This document shows, one piece after another, positions 29,715-39,571 of a stretch of 64,000 nt of DNA. The stretch is from a virus: positions 32,060 to 96,059 of the IMG/VR virus record IMGVR_UViG_3300024264_000013, one strand, 5' to 3'. Numbering within the stretch: the first letter of the stretch is position 1; every line of letters starts with the position of its first letter. Position numbers and translations under genes: made by a program. The notes beneath the pieces were generated by a model, which was given only the letters and a program-made list of their open reading frames with translations, was not told where the DNA came from and ran no database searches.

Positions 29715-29746
29715 TATTTATCGTAAGAGACAACTATCGATAAATA
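29715..29746. promoter_or_regulatory. Back-to-back divergent late promoters (CGATAAATA on each strand)
   Basis: TATTTATCG-14 nt-CGATAAATA inverted repeat between the divergent neck genes. Confidence 0.7.
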
Positions 29747-29764
29747 CTAATGGAGACTATACAT

Positions 29765-30523
29765 ATGGCTACACTAGCAACTAAAAAACAAGAAGTTTAT
29801 GACTACGTTTACGCACTATTAGGTGGCGGAATGATAGACGTTGAACTTGACCCAATTCATTATGAGACTGCTCTAGGCAAAGCATTGTCAAGATTTAGAC
29901 AGCGCAGTGATAATTCAGTAGAAGAGTCATACATGTTTATGCCAACAGTGACTGATCAAAATACTTATGTACTACCTGATAATGTAATTGAAGTAAGAAA
30001 AATATTTAGACGTTCAATAGGATCACGCTCAGGAGGCGGTGACGGCGGTACTTTGTTTGAACCATTTAACATGGCATATACAAATACATATTTGTTATCA
30101 AGTTCAAACATGGGTGGATTAGCAACATATGATATGTTCAGTCAACACCAAGAATTAGTAGGACGTATGTTTGGATCATATATTGAATTTAAATGGAACA
30201 CGACTACAAAAGAACTTACGATGCTACAAAGACCACGCACACAAGAAACGCTATTATTATTTTGTTATAATTATAGAGCAGATGAAAACTTATTATCAGA
30301 TTATCTTGCAAGTCAGTGGATTAAAGATTATACACTAGCAACATGTAAATTTATGTTAGGCGAAGCACGTAGTAAATTTGCACAAATTGCAGGCCCACAA
30401 GGTGGTAGTTCACTTAACGGTGATGCACTTAAAGCAGAAGCACAATCAGAATTAGAAAAACTTGAAATGGAAGTATCACAACAAGTATCCGGCGGAGCAG
30501 GATACGGATTCTTGATTGGTTAA
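29765..30523 (+). CDS. Neck protein (T4 gp13-like)
   Basis: Y....LG...IDVEL, W.KDY..A..K..LG..RSKF....GP.G...LNG..L..EA..E...L; GGAG SD before ATG 29765. Confidence 0.75.
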   Translation: MATLATKKQEVYDYVYALLGGGMIDVELDPIHYETALGKALSRFRQRSDNSVEESYMFMPTVTDQNTYVLPDNVIEVRKIFRRSIGSRSGGGDGGTLFEPFNMAYTNTYLLSSSNMGGLATYDMFSQHQELVGRMFGSYIEFKWNTTTKELTMLQRPRTQETLLLFCYNYRADENLLSDYLASQWIKDYTLATCKFMLGEARSKFAQIAGPQGGSSLNGDALKAEAQSELEKLEMEVSQQVSGGAGYGFLIG

Positions 30524-30732
30524 TGGATCAAGATGAACTTAAAGAAGCCTATAGGCTTTTTTGGTTAGTCAAAGGACATCTCAATACAACCGAACAAACA
30601 GTACTAAGTTCAGCAAATAGTTATTTTAAAAGACTTTGGGTTGCAGGTAGCAATGGTGCGCCATTGTACGAGTACGAAGAAGGCTTTGAAAAAGAATATC
30701 AAAAAGTACTTGACAAACAACATAATAGATAG
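30523..30732 (+). CDS. Hypothetical protein
   Basis: 69-aa ORF translationally coupled (TAATG) to the gp13-like gene. Confidence 0.55.
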   Translation: MDQDELKEAYRLFWLVKGHLNTTEQTVLSSANSYFKRLWVAGSNGAPLYEYEEGFEKEYQKVLDKQHNR

Positions 30733-30738
30733 TATTAT
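30710..30738 (+). promoter_or_regulatory. Sigma70-type promoter
   Basis: TTGACA-17 nt-TATTAT, 6 nt before ATG 30745. Confidence 0.65.
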
Positions 30739-30744
30739 TATACT

Positions 30745-31389
30745 ATGCATTATGAAACAACACCTTTATTCTCTACACCTCTTCTAAAGTCACACTTAGG
30801 ACCATTAGATCCTATTACACTTGCATGGCTCAAGCGTTTAGATTATCCAAATAGCGCAGTTGCTCAGTATGGTAACGAAGATCATTTGCCTGAGTCAGAA
30901 AGAGGATTTGATGTATTAAGCCAACCAAAGTTATTGAATTTACAAATTTTAATTAAACGTGCAGTAGATTATTTTGCTTATACAGTACTAGATGTTATTG
31001 ACGATGTTGAATTTCAACTTACTACTAGTTGGATTAATAAAATGAACACTGGTAGTGATATAGAATTACACAATCATGCTAATGCTGTAATTAGTGGAGT
31101 ATATTATCCTGATGTAGGACCAACTAGTAATCCTCTTACGTTTAAAAAGAACAGGCAACACTTGAACAGTTTTCCTGAACATATACGTCCAGATACAAAA
31201 CAAAACTGGAGTCAATATACTTCAGGTGAATGGACAGTAAAACCAATGACAGGTGACGTATTAATCTTCCCTAGCCATTTAGAACATACAGTTGCTAAGA
31301 GTTTGGATAAACAAGATAGATATAGTTTGGCTTTTAATTATTTTCCAAAAGGAAGAATAGGACAAAATTCAGTTAGGACTTTTATATGA
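30745..31389 (+). CDS. Putative 2OG-Fe(II) oxygenase (TIGR02466-like)
   Basis: SWIN, HNHANAVISGVYY, FPSHLEH.V and RYSLAFN. Confidence 0.82.
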   Translation: MHYETTPLFSTPLLKSHLGPLDPITLAWLKRLDYPNSAVAQYGNEDHLPESERGFDVLSQPKLLNLQILIKRAVDYFAYTVLDVIDDVEFQLTTSWINKMNTGSDIELHNHANAVISGVYYPDVGPTSNPLTFKKNRQHLNSFPEHIRPDTKQNWSQYTSGEWTVKPMTGDVLIFPSHLEHTVAKSLDKQDRYSLAFNYFPKGRIGQNSVRTFI

Positions 31390-32003
31390 AATATCAAACC
31401 ACACCGTTATTTTCAATTCCGTTATTTTATGCAAATATAGGATCAGTTAATGCTGAAACAATGACATGGATTGAAAACTTAGATTATCCAGACGAAGCGG
31501 CTGGACATGATCATACTTCAGACAAATATATTTTAAATAGTCCTCAACTATCGTCACTTAAAGAACAAATTCAAAATGCTTGTAATGTGTTTACAAAAGA
31601 AGAATTAAAAATAAATGATGATGTAGAATTTGAAATGCAAAATAGTTGGATTAATAGACATGTAAAGGATGAACAAAATACTCTACACTGGCACAGCAAT
31701 GCTATGTTAAGTGGAGTATATTATATACAAAATGAACCAGATGCTGGAGATATTGTATTTCAAAAGTCACATTTATACTATAACTTATTTCATGACACAG
31801 TAAGGGTATCTTTTAAAGAACCTACACAATACAATACGAACGAATTTTATGTATCACCTAGGTCAGGCGATCTAGTGTTATTTCCAAGTCATTTGGAACA
31901 TATGGTTACCCCAAATCTAACAACAACTCCACGATACAGTTTAGCATTTAATTTCTTTGCTAGGGGGACTGTCGGCGGCGGAACATCGGAACTTAAATTA
32001 TGA
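31386..32003 (+). CDS. Putative 2OG-Fe(II) oxygenase (TIGR02466-like), tandem paralogue
   Basis: SWIN, HWHSNAMLSGVYY, FPSHLEH.V and RYSLAFN. Confidence 0.82.
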   Translation: MKYQTTPLFSIPLFYANIGSVNAETMTWIENLDYPDEAAGHDHTSDKYILNSPQLSSLKEQIQNACNVFTKEELKINDDVEFEMQNSWINRHVKDEQNTLHWHSNAMLSGVYYIQNEPDAGDIVFQKSHLYYNLFHDTVRVSFKEPTQYNTNEFYVSPRSGDLVLFPSHLEHMVTPNLTTTPRYSLAFNFFARGTVGGGTSELKL

Positions 32004-32611
32004 TTATAGGAATATGCGGCCTTATAGGCTGTGGCAAAGGAACAGTCGGCGACATACTAGTTGAAGAATATGGATTTACAAAACTTAGTTTTGCTGATAA
32101 ATTAAAAGATGGTGTAGCAACAGTATTCAATTGGGATCGTGCTATGCTTGAAGGAGATACTGTAGAAAGCAGAGAATGGCGAGAAACACAAGATGACTTT
32201 TGGTCTAGAGAAACAGGACGCACAATTACTCCTAGACTAGTATTACAAGAGTTTGGCACTGACTGTATGCGACATGGATTTGATGACAGCATTTGGGTAA
32301 GTTTAGTTAAACAAGAACTTGTAAAATATCCTAAAAAGAACTTTGTTATTCCTGACGTAAGATTTCCTAATGAAGCAAATATGATTAAGAGCATACACGG
32401 CGAAGTATGGCGTGTAAGACGTGGACAAGATCCTGTATGGATGCGTATGTATCAAGACATTGGTGTTGAACCTAAAGATGTACATGAGTCTGAATGGCGC
32501 TGGGCAAACGTTGATTTTAATAATATTATATACAACGACTTAGGTATTGACGAACTTAAAAGTCAGGTAAAAGGTCTCCTTGTTTCCAACGAACACCTTG
32601 TTTCTGCATAA
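32000..32611 (+). CDS. Deoxynucleoside monophosphate kinase (T4 gp1-like)
   Basis: IIGICG..G.GK.T P-loop, SFAD.LK, TPR..LQ..GTD and DVRF.NE. Confidence 0.85.
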   Translation: MIIGICGLIGCGKGTVGDILVEEYGFTKLSFADKLKDGVATVFNWDRAMLEGDTVESREWRETQDDFWSRETGRTITPRLVLQEFGTDCMRHGFDDSIWVSLVKQELVKYPKKNFVIPDVRFPNEANMIKSIHGEVWRVRRGQDPVWMRMYQDIGVEPKDVHESEWRWANVDFNNIIYNDLGIDELKSQVKGLLVSNEHLVSA

Positions 32612-32891
32612 TACGTTGACAGTTAGCACATATAGTTTTTAAATTTAATACTGAACAATTATCTAAGTTGCCGTCAATATGGTAAACATTGAACTGTTCA
32701 GGATGATTACTTTTAAACCCACACTTCTCACAACTGTCTTTTTTTGTATACCCACGTTGTTTCCATTTAGGAATACCATGTCTAGGACCATTACGTAAAC
32801 ATGTTTCGCACTTTTTTCGATAGTACGTTTTTCCGGCTTTCTTATAGTTTATAGCCGCAGGTCGTAGTTTACAATCACATAAAGGTCTCAT
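32556..32891 (-). CDS. Small Zn-finger/HNH-like protein
   Basis: CxC, CxxC, CxxCG and HIDGN..N....NL..ICANC. Confidence 0.7.
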   Translation of the reverse strand: MRPLCDCKLRPAAINYKKAGKTYYRKKCETCLRNGPRHGIPKWKQRGYTKKDSCEKCGFKSNHPEQFNVYHIDGNLDNCSVLNLKTICANCQRIMQKQGVRWKQGDLLPDF

Positions 32892-32895
32892 ACTG

Positions 32896-32901
32896 TATTT
32901 A
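32896..32901 (-). promoter_or_regulatory. Late promoter core (TAAATA)
   Basis: GGTAAATA on the minus strand, 4 nt before ATG 32891. Confidence 0.55.
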
Positions 32902-32958
32902 CCACACCTTTTTGGTGCCTTTTTCTGGTACTATTATAGGCAATTTAATTTCAATTCA

Positions 32959-32966
32959 TATAAATA
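32959..32966 (+). promoter_or_regulatory. T4 late promoter (TATAAATA)
   Basis: Exact T4 late consensus upstream of the AAGGAG SD of the tail sheath gene. Confidence 0.75.
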
Positions 32967-32996
32967 CTACGAACACTTTTATTAAGGAGAAACACA

Positions 32997-35900
32997 ATGG
33001 CATTATCATCACCAGGTGTTGAGGTTAAAGTAATAGACGAAAGTTTTTACACGCCCAGCGAACCAGGCACCGTACCAATGATATTTGTTGCTACCGCACA
33101 AGATAAACAAAATGGCGGCGGGACTGGAACAGCACCAGGAACAACAGCGGCAAATGCAGGTAAACCTTACTTGGTTACCTCACAAAGAGATTTAGTAGAA
33201 ACATTCGGCGAACCAAAATTTTATACGGATACCAACAACAATCCGATACATGCAGGTGAACTTAATGAATATGGACTACAAGCGGCTTACTCACTATTAG
33301 GTGTAAGTAACAGAGCATATGTAGTTAGAGCAGGCATTGACCTAAGTGGGTTAACAGCAAGTGCAGAGGCTCCAACAAGTAACCCAACGAATGGCACATA
33401 TTGGGTAGATACAGCAAGTAATGTATATGGTATCTTTGAATGGAATTCAGCAGGAGCAGAAACGCTCGGCGGACAATCGTTTGGATATAAAAAGCCATTA
33501 GTAATTACAGATGCAACTAGACTATTTGGCGAAGTTGCAACAGGCGCACCAAAAACGTCAGTAGGCGGAGTAGGCGAATATGCTATTACAGCGGCAAGTA
33601 CACTACACAAACTATACTACAAAAATGAAAGTGGTACATGGGTTGAAGTAGGAACTGGCGCATGGAAAGCAAGTTGGGCTACAACATCAGGTGTTGCTGG
33701 TTCAACAACAACTTCAGGTTTGACTTTTACTCTTAACAGTACAACAGTAACAGCAAACGCAACAGACGCAACAGCATTGGCGGCAGTAATTAATGGTTTA
33801 GGCATTAGTGGTGTTACAGCAACAGTTGAAGCGGCTAACGATATATTAAGATTACACTCAACAGGTGTTAACATTGTACTAGCAGAAGGCACAGGCGCAC
33901 TAGGCGACATGGGTCTTGTAGCAGGAACATATGCGGCACCAGCGTTGAATATTGCTCCTCATACAAGTGTTCCCGAGTTTGGTGCAAGCGATACAACTCC
34001 ACGTCCAACAGGAAGTGTTTGGGCAAAGACTACTACACCAAATAAAGGTGCTAAATGGGCAATCAAAGTTTGGAATGATGCAACTAAATTATGGGACTTA
34101 AAAGATGTTCCAATTTTTAGTTCAAACCAAGCGGCTCTAGCAACACTTGATAAAGCAGGCGGCGGTTTAAATCTTGCAACATCAAGTCTTTATATTAAAT
34201 CAAACGATGCTGAAGCATCTGATTTAGTAGGAAACTTTAAAGTGTACAAACGCAATTCAACAGGTGCAACAAGTATTACTTCAAGTGCAGTAACTACACA
34301 AGCATCTAGTGGTACAGCATCATTTACTCTTCAAGAGTCAATTGTAGGCAGTGCAACACTAGGAAGTGCAGTAACAATTTCACAGGCAGTTGATGGTGAT
34401 GCAGGTGATGCTGATCATATTGCAGGTGCAATTAACTCAGCAGGACTTACAAATGTAAGTGCAAGTGTTGACTCACAAAACAGAGTTGTAATTTCACACT
34501 CAAAAGGTGGTGATTTTAGAATTGCTGACACAAGTGGTCACTTAGCAGAAATTGGTTTTAGTACAACAGATACTGCAAACTTATATACTGCACCAGCAGG
34601 TGATACAAGTGCAGACTTTATTGCAACTAACTGGAAAGTTTTATCAGCAACTAATAGTTCAAGTGCTCCAACTGCTTTAGCAGTAGACGGAACATTATGG
34701 TACAATAGTATTGTTGACGAAGCAGACATTATGGTACACAATGGTACAACTTGGGTAGGTTATCAAGATACGTCTAGTCCGTACTTTGCGAATGCGGCAG
34801 GTGATAAAACTGATCCAAACGGACCAATTGTAAGTGCAACAGAACCAGTAGCGGCAACAGGACAATCAGATGGAACAGCATTGAAAGATGGTGACCTTTG
34901 GATTAACACTACAAATATTGACAAGTATCCAGAAATTTATCGCTGGTCACATGCTAAACAAATTTGGGTGTTATTAGATTCAAGTGATCAAACAACATCA
35001 GATGGTGTATTGTTTGGTGATGCACGTTGGTCAACAGCAGGTTCACTTAGTAAAGAAGCAACTATTGTAGATTTACTAGCAAGTAACTTCTTAGATCCAG
35101 ATGCTCCAGATCCAGCATTGTATCCAAAAGGTATGATTTTATTTAACACACGCAGAAGCGGATTTAATGTTAAGAAATTTGTACGTAACTATATTGATAC
35201 AACAGGTGAAAACGGACGTCAAGCAGATGCATTAATGAATTCTTACTATCCACACAGATGGGTAACTGAGTCAGCAAATAATGCAGACGGTTCAGGTAAG
35301 TTTGGTCAATCAGCACAGAGAGCAGTTGTTGTACAAGCAATGCAATCAATGATTAACAGCAACCAAGACATTCGAGATGATGAATCAAGAGTGTTTAACT
35401 TAATGGCGGCACCAGGGTATCCAGAACTAATTGGCGAAATGATTTCACTAAACTATGACAGAGGCTTAACAGCATTTGTTGTAGGTGATTCACCAGCAAC
35501 ACTAGATTCAAGTGCTACATCAATTAACGAATGGGGCACAAACGTTGCTCTTGCAGTTGAAGATAACAGCGACGGTCTAGTAAGTAGAGATGAATACTTA
35601 GGTGTTTACTACCCATGGGGCTTCACAAGTGATAACGCAGGTAACAACGTTGTTGTTCCGCCAAGTCACATGATGCTAAGAACTATTGCACTAAGCGATC
35701 AAGTATCGTTTCCATGGTTTGCTCCAGCAGGAACAAGACGTGGTGGAATTACTAACGCAACAGCAACAGGGTATATTGATAACGAAGGCGAATTTGTTTC
35801 AATTGCACTAAACGAAGGACAGCGTGATACGTTGTTTGGTATTAGTGTAAACCCAATTACATTTATTACAGGCGCAGGACTTGTTTGTTTCGGTCAGAAA

Positions 35901-36245
35901 ACAAGAGCAAGAAATGCAAGTGCATTAGATAGAGTAAACGTTGCTAGACTAGTAATTTACATGCGTAGCCAACTTAATAAACTTGCTAAGCCTTATATCT
36001 TTGAGCCAAATGATAAAATCACACGTGATGAAATCAAACAAGCGGCAGAAAGTCTAATGCTTGAGTTAGTTGGTAGTAGAGCACTATATGACTACATTGT
36101 AGTATGTGACGAATCTAACAATACTCCTAGTAGAATTGATAGAAACGAACTATACTTAGACATTGCAATTGAACCAGTTAAGGCTGTGGAATTCATTTAC
36201 ATTCCACTTAGACTTAAGAATACAGGAGAGATTGCAGGATTATAA
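32997..36245 (+). CDS. Tail sheath protein (T4 gp18-like), with large insertion
   Basis: LSSPGVEV..IDES N-terminus; PWFAPAG..RG, NPI, GQKT, SALDRVNV.RL, FEPND..TR, VCDESNNT...ID.NEL..DI.I.P.K..EFI.I C-terminus. Confidence 0.93.
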   Translation: MALSSPGVEVKVIDESFYTPSEPGTVPMIFVATAQDKQNGGGTGTAPGTTAANAGKPYLVTSQRDLVETFGEPKFYTDTNNNPIHAGELNEYGLQAAYSLLGVSNRAYVVRAGIDLSGLTASAEAPTSNPTNGTYWVDTASNVYGIFEWNSAGAETLGGQSFGYKKPLVITDATRLFGEVATGAPKTSVGGVGEYAITAASTLHKLYYKNESGTWVEVGTGAWKASWATTSGVAGSTTTSGLTFTLNSTTVTANATDATALAAVINGLGISGVTATVEAANDILRLHSTGVNIVLAEGTGALGDMGLVAGTYAAPALNIAPHTSVPEFGASDTTPRPTGSVWAKTTTPNKGAKWAIKVWNDATKLWDLKDVPIFSSNQAALATLDKAGGGLNLATSSLYIKSNDAEASDLVGNFKVYKRNSTGATSITSSAVTTQASSGTASFTLQESIVGSATLGSAVTISQAVDGDAGDADHIAGAINSAGLTNVSASVDSQNRVVISHSKGGDFRIADTSGHLAEIGFSTTDTANLYTAPAGDTSADFIATNWKVLSATNSSSAPTALAVDGTLWYNSIVDEADIMVHNGTTWVGYQDTSSPYFANAAGDKTDPNGPIVSATEPVAATGQSDGTALKDGDLWINTTNIDKYPEIYRWSHAKQIWVLLDSSDQTTSDGVLFGDARWSTAGSLSKEATIVDLLASNFLDPDAPDPALYPKGMILFNTRRSGFNVKKFVRNYIDTTGENGRQADALMNSYYPHRWVTESANNADGSGKFGQSAQRAVVVQAMQSMINSNQDIRDDESRVFNLMAAPGYPELIGEMISLNYDRGLTAFVVGDSPATLDSSATSINEWGTNVALAVEDNSDGLVSRDEYLGVYYPWGFTSDNAGNNVVVPPSHMMLRTIALSDQVSFPWFAPAGTRRGGITNATATGYIDNEGEFVSIALNEGQRDTLFGISVNPITFITGAGLVCFGQKTRARNASALDRVNVARLVIYMRSQLNKLAKPYIFEPNDKITRDEIKQAAESLMLELVGSRALYDYIVVCDESNNTPSRIDRNELYLDIAIEPVKAVEFIYIPLRLKNTGEIAGL

Positions 36246-36255
36246 TTCATAAAAT

Positions 36256-36277
36256 GAGCCCCTGAAATATGGGGCTC
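36256..36277 (+). other. GC-rich intergenic hairpin
   Basis: GAGCCCC-8 nt-GGGGCTC with no U-tract; possible stabiliser or weak terminator. Confidence 0.5.
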
Positions 36278-36285
36278 GTTAATGA

Positions 36286-36291
36286 TAAATA
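36286..36291 (+). promoter_or_regulatory. Late promoter core (TAAATA)
   Basis: GATAAATA before the AGGAG SD of the tail tube gene. Confidence 0.6.
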
Positions 36292-36313
36292 CTTGTAACA
36301 GGAGCAAAAAGAT

Positions 36314-36943
36314 ATGGCAATTTCAACACTCTCAAAAATTACAGTACCACTAGCGAGCGATAGTAGTTCATCAACACAAGGTTTGTTGATGCCGAAACTA
36401 CAGTATCGCTTTAGAGTGACACTTGAGAACTTCGGTGTATCAACACCAACTACAGAATTAACAAAACAAGTTATTGATGTAACACGCCCAACAGTAAACT
36501 TTGAGGAATTAGAAATCCCAATTTACAACAGTAGAGCATACCTAGCAGGTCGTCCTACTTGGGAACCAATTACACTTAACTTGCGTGAAGATGTAAACAA
36601 CAATGTACAAAAACTTGTTGGTGAACAACTTCAGAAACAGTTTGACTTTTTCGAACAGTCAAGTGCGGCATCAGGTATTGATTACAAATACACAACACGT
36701 ATTGAAATCTTAGATGGTGGTAACGGAGCAAATACTCCAAACGTACTAGAAACATTTGAGTTATACGGTTGCTTTATCCAAAACGCAAACTATAACACAC
36801 TAGCATACAGTTCAAACGAACCAGTAACTATTCAATTAGCAATGCGTTACGACAATGCTATCCAATCACCACAAGGTGAAGGAATTGGTACAGCAGTTGG
36901 TAGAACTATTAATAGTCTAGTAACAGGCGGCGGCGGACTATAA
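36314..36943 (+). CDS. Tail tube protein (T4 gp19-like)
   Basis: YRFRV, P.V.FEE..I, AG..TWEPIT, L.G.F......L.Y and I.L..RYD.A; directly follows the sheath gene. Confidence 0.85.
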   Translation: MAISTLSKITVPLASDSSSSTQGLLMPKLQYRFRVTLENFGVSTPTTELTKQVIDVTRPTVNFEELEIPIYNSRAYLAGRPTWEPITLNLREDVNNNVQKLVGEQLQKQFDFFEQSSAASGIDYKYTTRIEILDGGNGANTPNVLETFELYGCFIQNANYNTLAYSSNEPVTIQLAMRYDNAIQSPQGEGIGTAVGRTINSLVTGGGGL

Positions 36944-36975
36944 TAAGTCTATAACATTGCCATAGTATTCAGAAG

Positions 36976-37000
36976 AGGGTGGCTTAGGTCACCCTTTTTT
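36976..37000 (+). terminator. Intrinsic terminator
   Basis: AGGGTGGC-TTAG-GTCACCCT followed by a T run. Confidence 0.8.
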
Positions 37001-37027
37001 ATTTTATACGCACTTTTCTTTAGAGGA

Positions 37028-37033
37028 TAAATA
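37028..37033 (+). promoter_or_regulatory. Late promoter core (TAAATA)
   Basis: GATAAATA 5 nt before ATG 37039. Confidence 0.6.
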
Positions 37034-37038
37034 TTTGT

Positions 37039-38220
37039 ATGGCGAATATACTCAACGGATTTTTAAATAATGTTTTGCAGGGTGCTTCTAACCCTAAGGG
37101 CAATCTTGGTGACTATCAACATGCCGCTAGACTATTTACAGACGACGGCATGCGTCTTGCACCAAAAACTAAATTCCTTTATCATGTTGTATTTGAATTA
37201 AGTGCAAGTGCTCAAAAAGTTATACCTCAATTAGATCAAAGACATAAACAAGAAATTAATATGCTTGTTAAGTCAGCAGATTTACCTAAGTTTAGTATTC
37301 AAACTGCAACTAAAAATATGTATAATCGTAAAAAGAATTTACAGACTAGTATTGAATATGATCCAGTGAACATTACATTCCATGATGATAATATGGGATT
37401 GACTACAACATTGATGGAAGCATATTATAGATACTACTATAGAGATGGAAATTATAGAAGCGAAGGAATTTCTCCGCCATACAATCCTCGTAATACATAT
37501 CAAGGTAAAGAATTACAAAACTATCGTTATGGATTAGACAATGATCATACTGAACCTTTCTTTAATAAAATTACAATCTTTCAAATGGCAAGACATGAAT
37601 ACTTAGGATATACTTTAGTTAATCCGTTAATTACAGGTCTTACACACGATCAAATGGATAGTGCCGATAACAGCACACCTTCACAAAACCAAATTAGTGT
37701 AGCATACGAAGCAGTATTTTACAGTAGAGGTCCAGTAGGTGAAAACAGTCCTAAAGGATTTGCAACTGCTCATTATGATAAAACTCCTAGTCCACTAACA
37801 ATAAGTGGAGGCGGTACTAGCAGTCTGTTTGGTGGCGGCGGCGTTATAGGCGGTATTAGTGATGTCCTTGGAGACATTGCTGGTGGACAATTTAATTTAG
37901 GTACTGCATTGACAGCATTTAATACATTTAAAAATGCAAAAAGTTTATCAAAAGAAGGCTTGCGAGAAGAAGGATTTAATATCTTGAAACGTACAGTTAC
38001 AAATATTGGTAGAGAAGGTGTTAGTGGATTAGGTAATATTAGTATTCCAAAACAGTCAGGCAATGGCGGAACTGCTTCAACTACTTCAACAGTAGGAGGC
38101 ACAGTAAATACTACTAGTGCATTATATCAAGATAAGATACTACAAGCGGCGGCAAAAAATAGTTCAAATGGCCCAGTTGGAAGTAATCAATCAAGTTTAC
38201 AAGCGGAGCGTAATTCATGA
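37039..38220 (+). CDS. Tail tube-like baseplate/tube junction protein (gp48/gp54-like)
   Basis: Tube-fold pattern LVKSADLPKF.I.T...N.YNRK......Y.PV.ITFHDD; position after gp19. Confidence 0.55.
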   Translation: MANILNGFLNNVLQGASNPKGNLGDYQHAARLFTDDGMRLAPKTKFLYHVVFELSASAQKVIPQLDQRHKQEINMLVKSADLPKFSIQTATKNMYNRKKNLQTSIEYDPVNITFHDDNMGLTTTLMEAYYRYYYRDGNYRSEGISPPYNPRNTYQGKELQNYRYGLDNDHTEPFFNKITIFQMARHEYLGYTLVNPLITGLTHDQMDSADNSTPSQNQISVAYEAVFYSRGPVGENSPKGFATAHYDKTPSPLTISGGGTSSLFGGGGVIGGISDVLGDIAGGQFNLGTALTAFNTFKNAKSLSKEGLREEGFNILKRTVTNIGREGVSGLGNISIPKQSGNGGTASTTSTVGGTVNTTSALYQDKILQAAAKNSSNGPVGSNQSSLQAERNS

Positions 38221-38582
38221 GTAGTAGTTTAAAAATAACACCTGTTGATAGTTCAAACGAAACAAAAGAATTCTTCAACAAATATTTTACTGAAACAATT
38301 TCTTATAGTGCAAATCAAGTTGACTCTGTAGTAGGGTTTTTTCTTAAAAGAGGATTTGATGAAACTTCTGCAACAGGTATTGCTACAGTGCTTTTGCAAC
38401 AAGCGAAAATAGATGAAGTAAATGTATTCACTTTATTAGATACTCTTAAAGGATTAACTGATGTACAAGTTAGTGGTCTAGTTGGTGAAATTGTAAATTA
38501 TAATAGATCCAAAATAAGTGTTATCGGATTTAAAGTTACTGACATGGTCACGAAGCAAGAGCAACGAAACATAGTGGTGTAA
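38217..38582 (+). CDS. Hypothetical protein
   Basis: Coupled ORF (ATGA overlap) in the late operon. Confidence 0.6.
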   Translation: MSSSLKITPVDSSNETKEFFNKYFTETISYSANQVDSVVGFFLKRGFDETSATGIATVLLQQAKIDEVNVFTLLDTLKGLTDVQVSGLVGEIVNYNRSKISVIGFKVTDMVTKQEQRNIVV

Positions 38583-38585
38583 ACC

Positions 38586-39020
38586 ATGGGACGTTTTGCT
38601 CAAGGAAAATATAATCTAAAAAATCCAGACAAGTATATCGGAAACAGAACTCCTACATATAGAAGTAGTTGGGAATTTGCGTTTATGAAAATGTGTGATG
38701 AACATGCTTATATTCAAGCATGGGCTAGTGAGGCAGTAAAAATTCCTTATAGAAATCCGTTAACTGGCAAGCATACAATATATGTGCCTGACTTTTTTAT
38801 TGCATATGCAAATAAAGGCGGCAGTAGAAAAGTTGAAATAATAGAAGTTAAACCTGAAAATCAAACATTAAAAGAAAAACTTGGGCGTAGCAAACACAAT
38901 CAAGCGGCATGGATTGTAAATCAAGCAAAATGGGAAGCCGCTAGAGCATGGTGTAAACAAAAGGGTATGTTTTTTAGAATCGTTACTGAAAAAGATATTT
39001 TCCATAGCGGCAAACGATAA
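38586..39020 (+). CDS. Head completion nuclease (T4 gp4-like)
   Basis: N..KY.G....YRSSWE..FM, W.SE...IPY..P, Y.PDF, IEVKP..QT and N.AKW.AA. Confidence 0.85.
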   Translation: MGRFAQGKYNLKNPDKYIGNRTPTYRSSWEFAFMKMCDEHAYIQAWASEAVKIPYRNPLTGKHTIYVPDFFIAYANKGGSRKVEIIEVKPENQTLKEKLGRSKHNQAAWIVNQAKWEAARAWCKQKGMFFRIVTEKDIFHSGKR

Positions 39021-39049
39021 ATAATAGTAGCAGTTAATGGAATATTAAA

Positions 39050-39553
39050 ATGACAAAGAAACTACAAGATTTGCTAGATTTACCAGATTCGAAAAAAATT
39101 ATCGATGAAGCATCTAATCAAGAAAAGCAACAAAAGAAATACGAAGTTGCTGAGCAAAAAGAAACTATGCGTGATATAGCAGAGTTTGATAAGATTGCTA
39201 GTGCGTTGCCTAGTGTCAAAGGACTAGGCGAAAAAGCAGATAGTGAATTGAATGAAATTGCAGATAAAGCACTACAAAGTTATGAAGATTTAATGGATCT
39301 TGGTATGAATGTAGAAAGTAGATATAGCGGTAGAGTATTTGAAGTAGCAGGATCTATGCTTAAGACATCATTAGATGCAAAAGTTGCAAAAATGGATAAA
39401 AAATTAAAGATGATCGATTTACAACTTAAAAAAGAAAAACAAGATAAAGATCAACCCATAGAAGACGCTGGTATTGTAAACGGGCATGGCGCTATTGTCA
39501 CTGATAGGAACAGTCTATTAGCGAGATTAAAAGATATGGATAAAGATAAATAG
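39050..39553 (+). CDS. Probable terminase small subunit (gp16-like)
   Basis: Coiled-coil 167-aa protein with R.FEVA..ML motif, upstream of the large terminase; TAAATA at 39018-39023. Confidence 0.5.
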   Translation: MTKKLQDLLDLPDSKKIIDEASNQEKQQKKYEVAEQKETMRDIAEFDKIASALPSVKGLGEKADSELNEIADKALQSYEDLMDLGMNVESRYSGRVFEVAGSMLKTSLDAKVAKMDKKLKMIDLQLKKEKQDKDQPIEDAGIVNGHGAIVTDRNSLLARLKDMDKDK

Positions 39554-39571
39554 TAATAGAGGATAACCGTC

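Noticed and set aside
29710-29733. Longer starts given by the ORF track (29733, 42503, 46542, 46784, 53321, 58699)
   Set aside because: Downstream ATGs fit promoter spacing, an SD or stop-start coupling better.
38586-39020. TnsA-like endonuclease suggesting a Tn7 element
   Set aside because: Motifs and position match the T4 gp4 head-completion protein; there are no tnsB/C genes or transposon ends.
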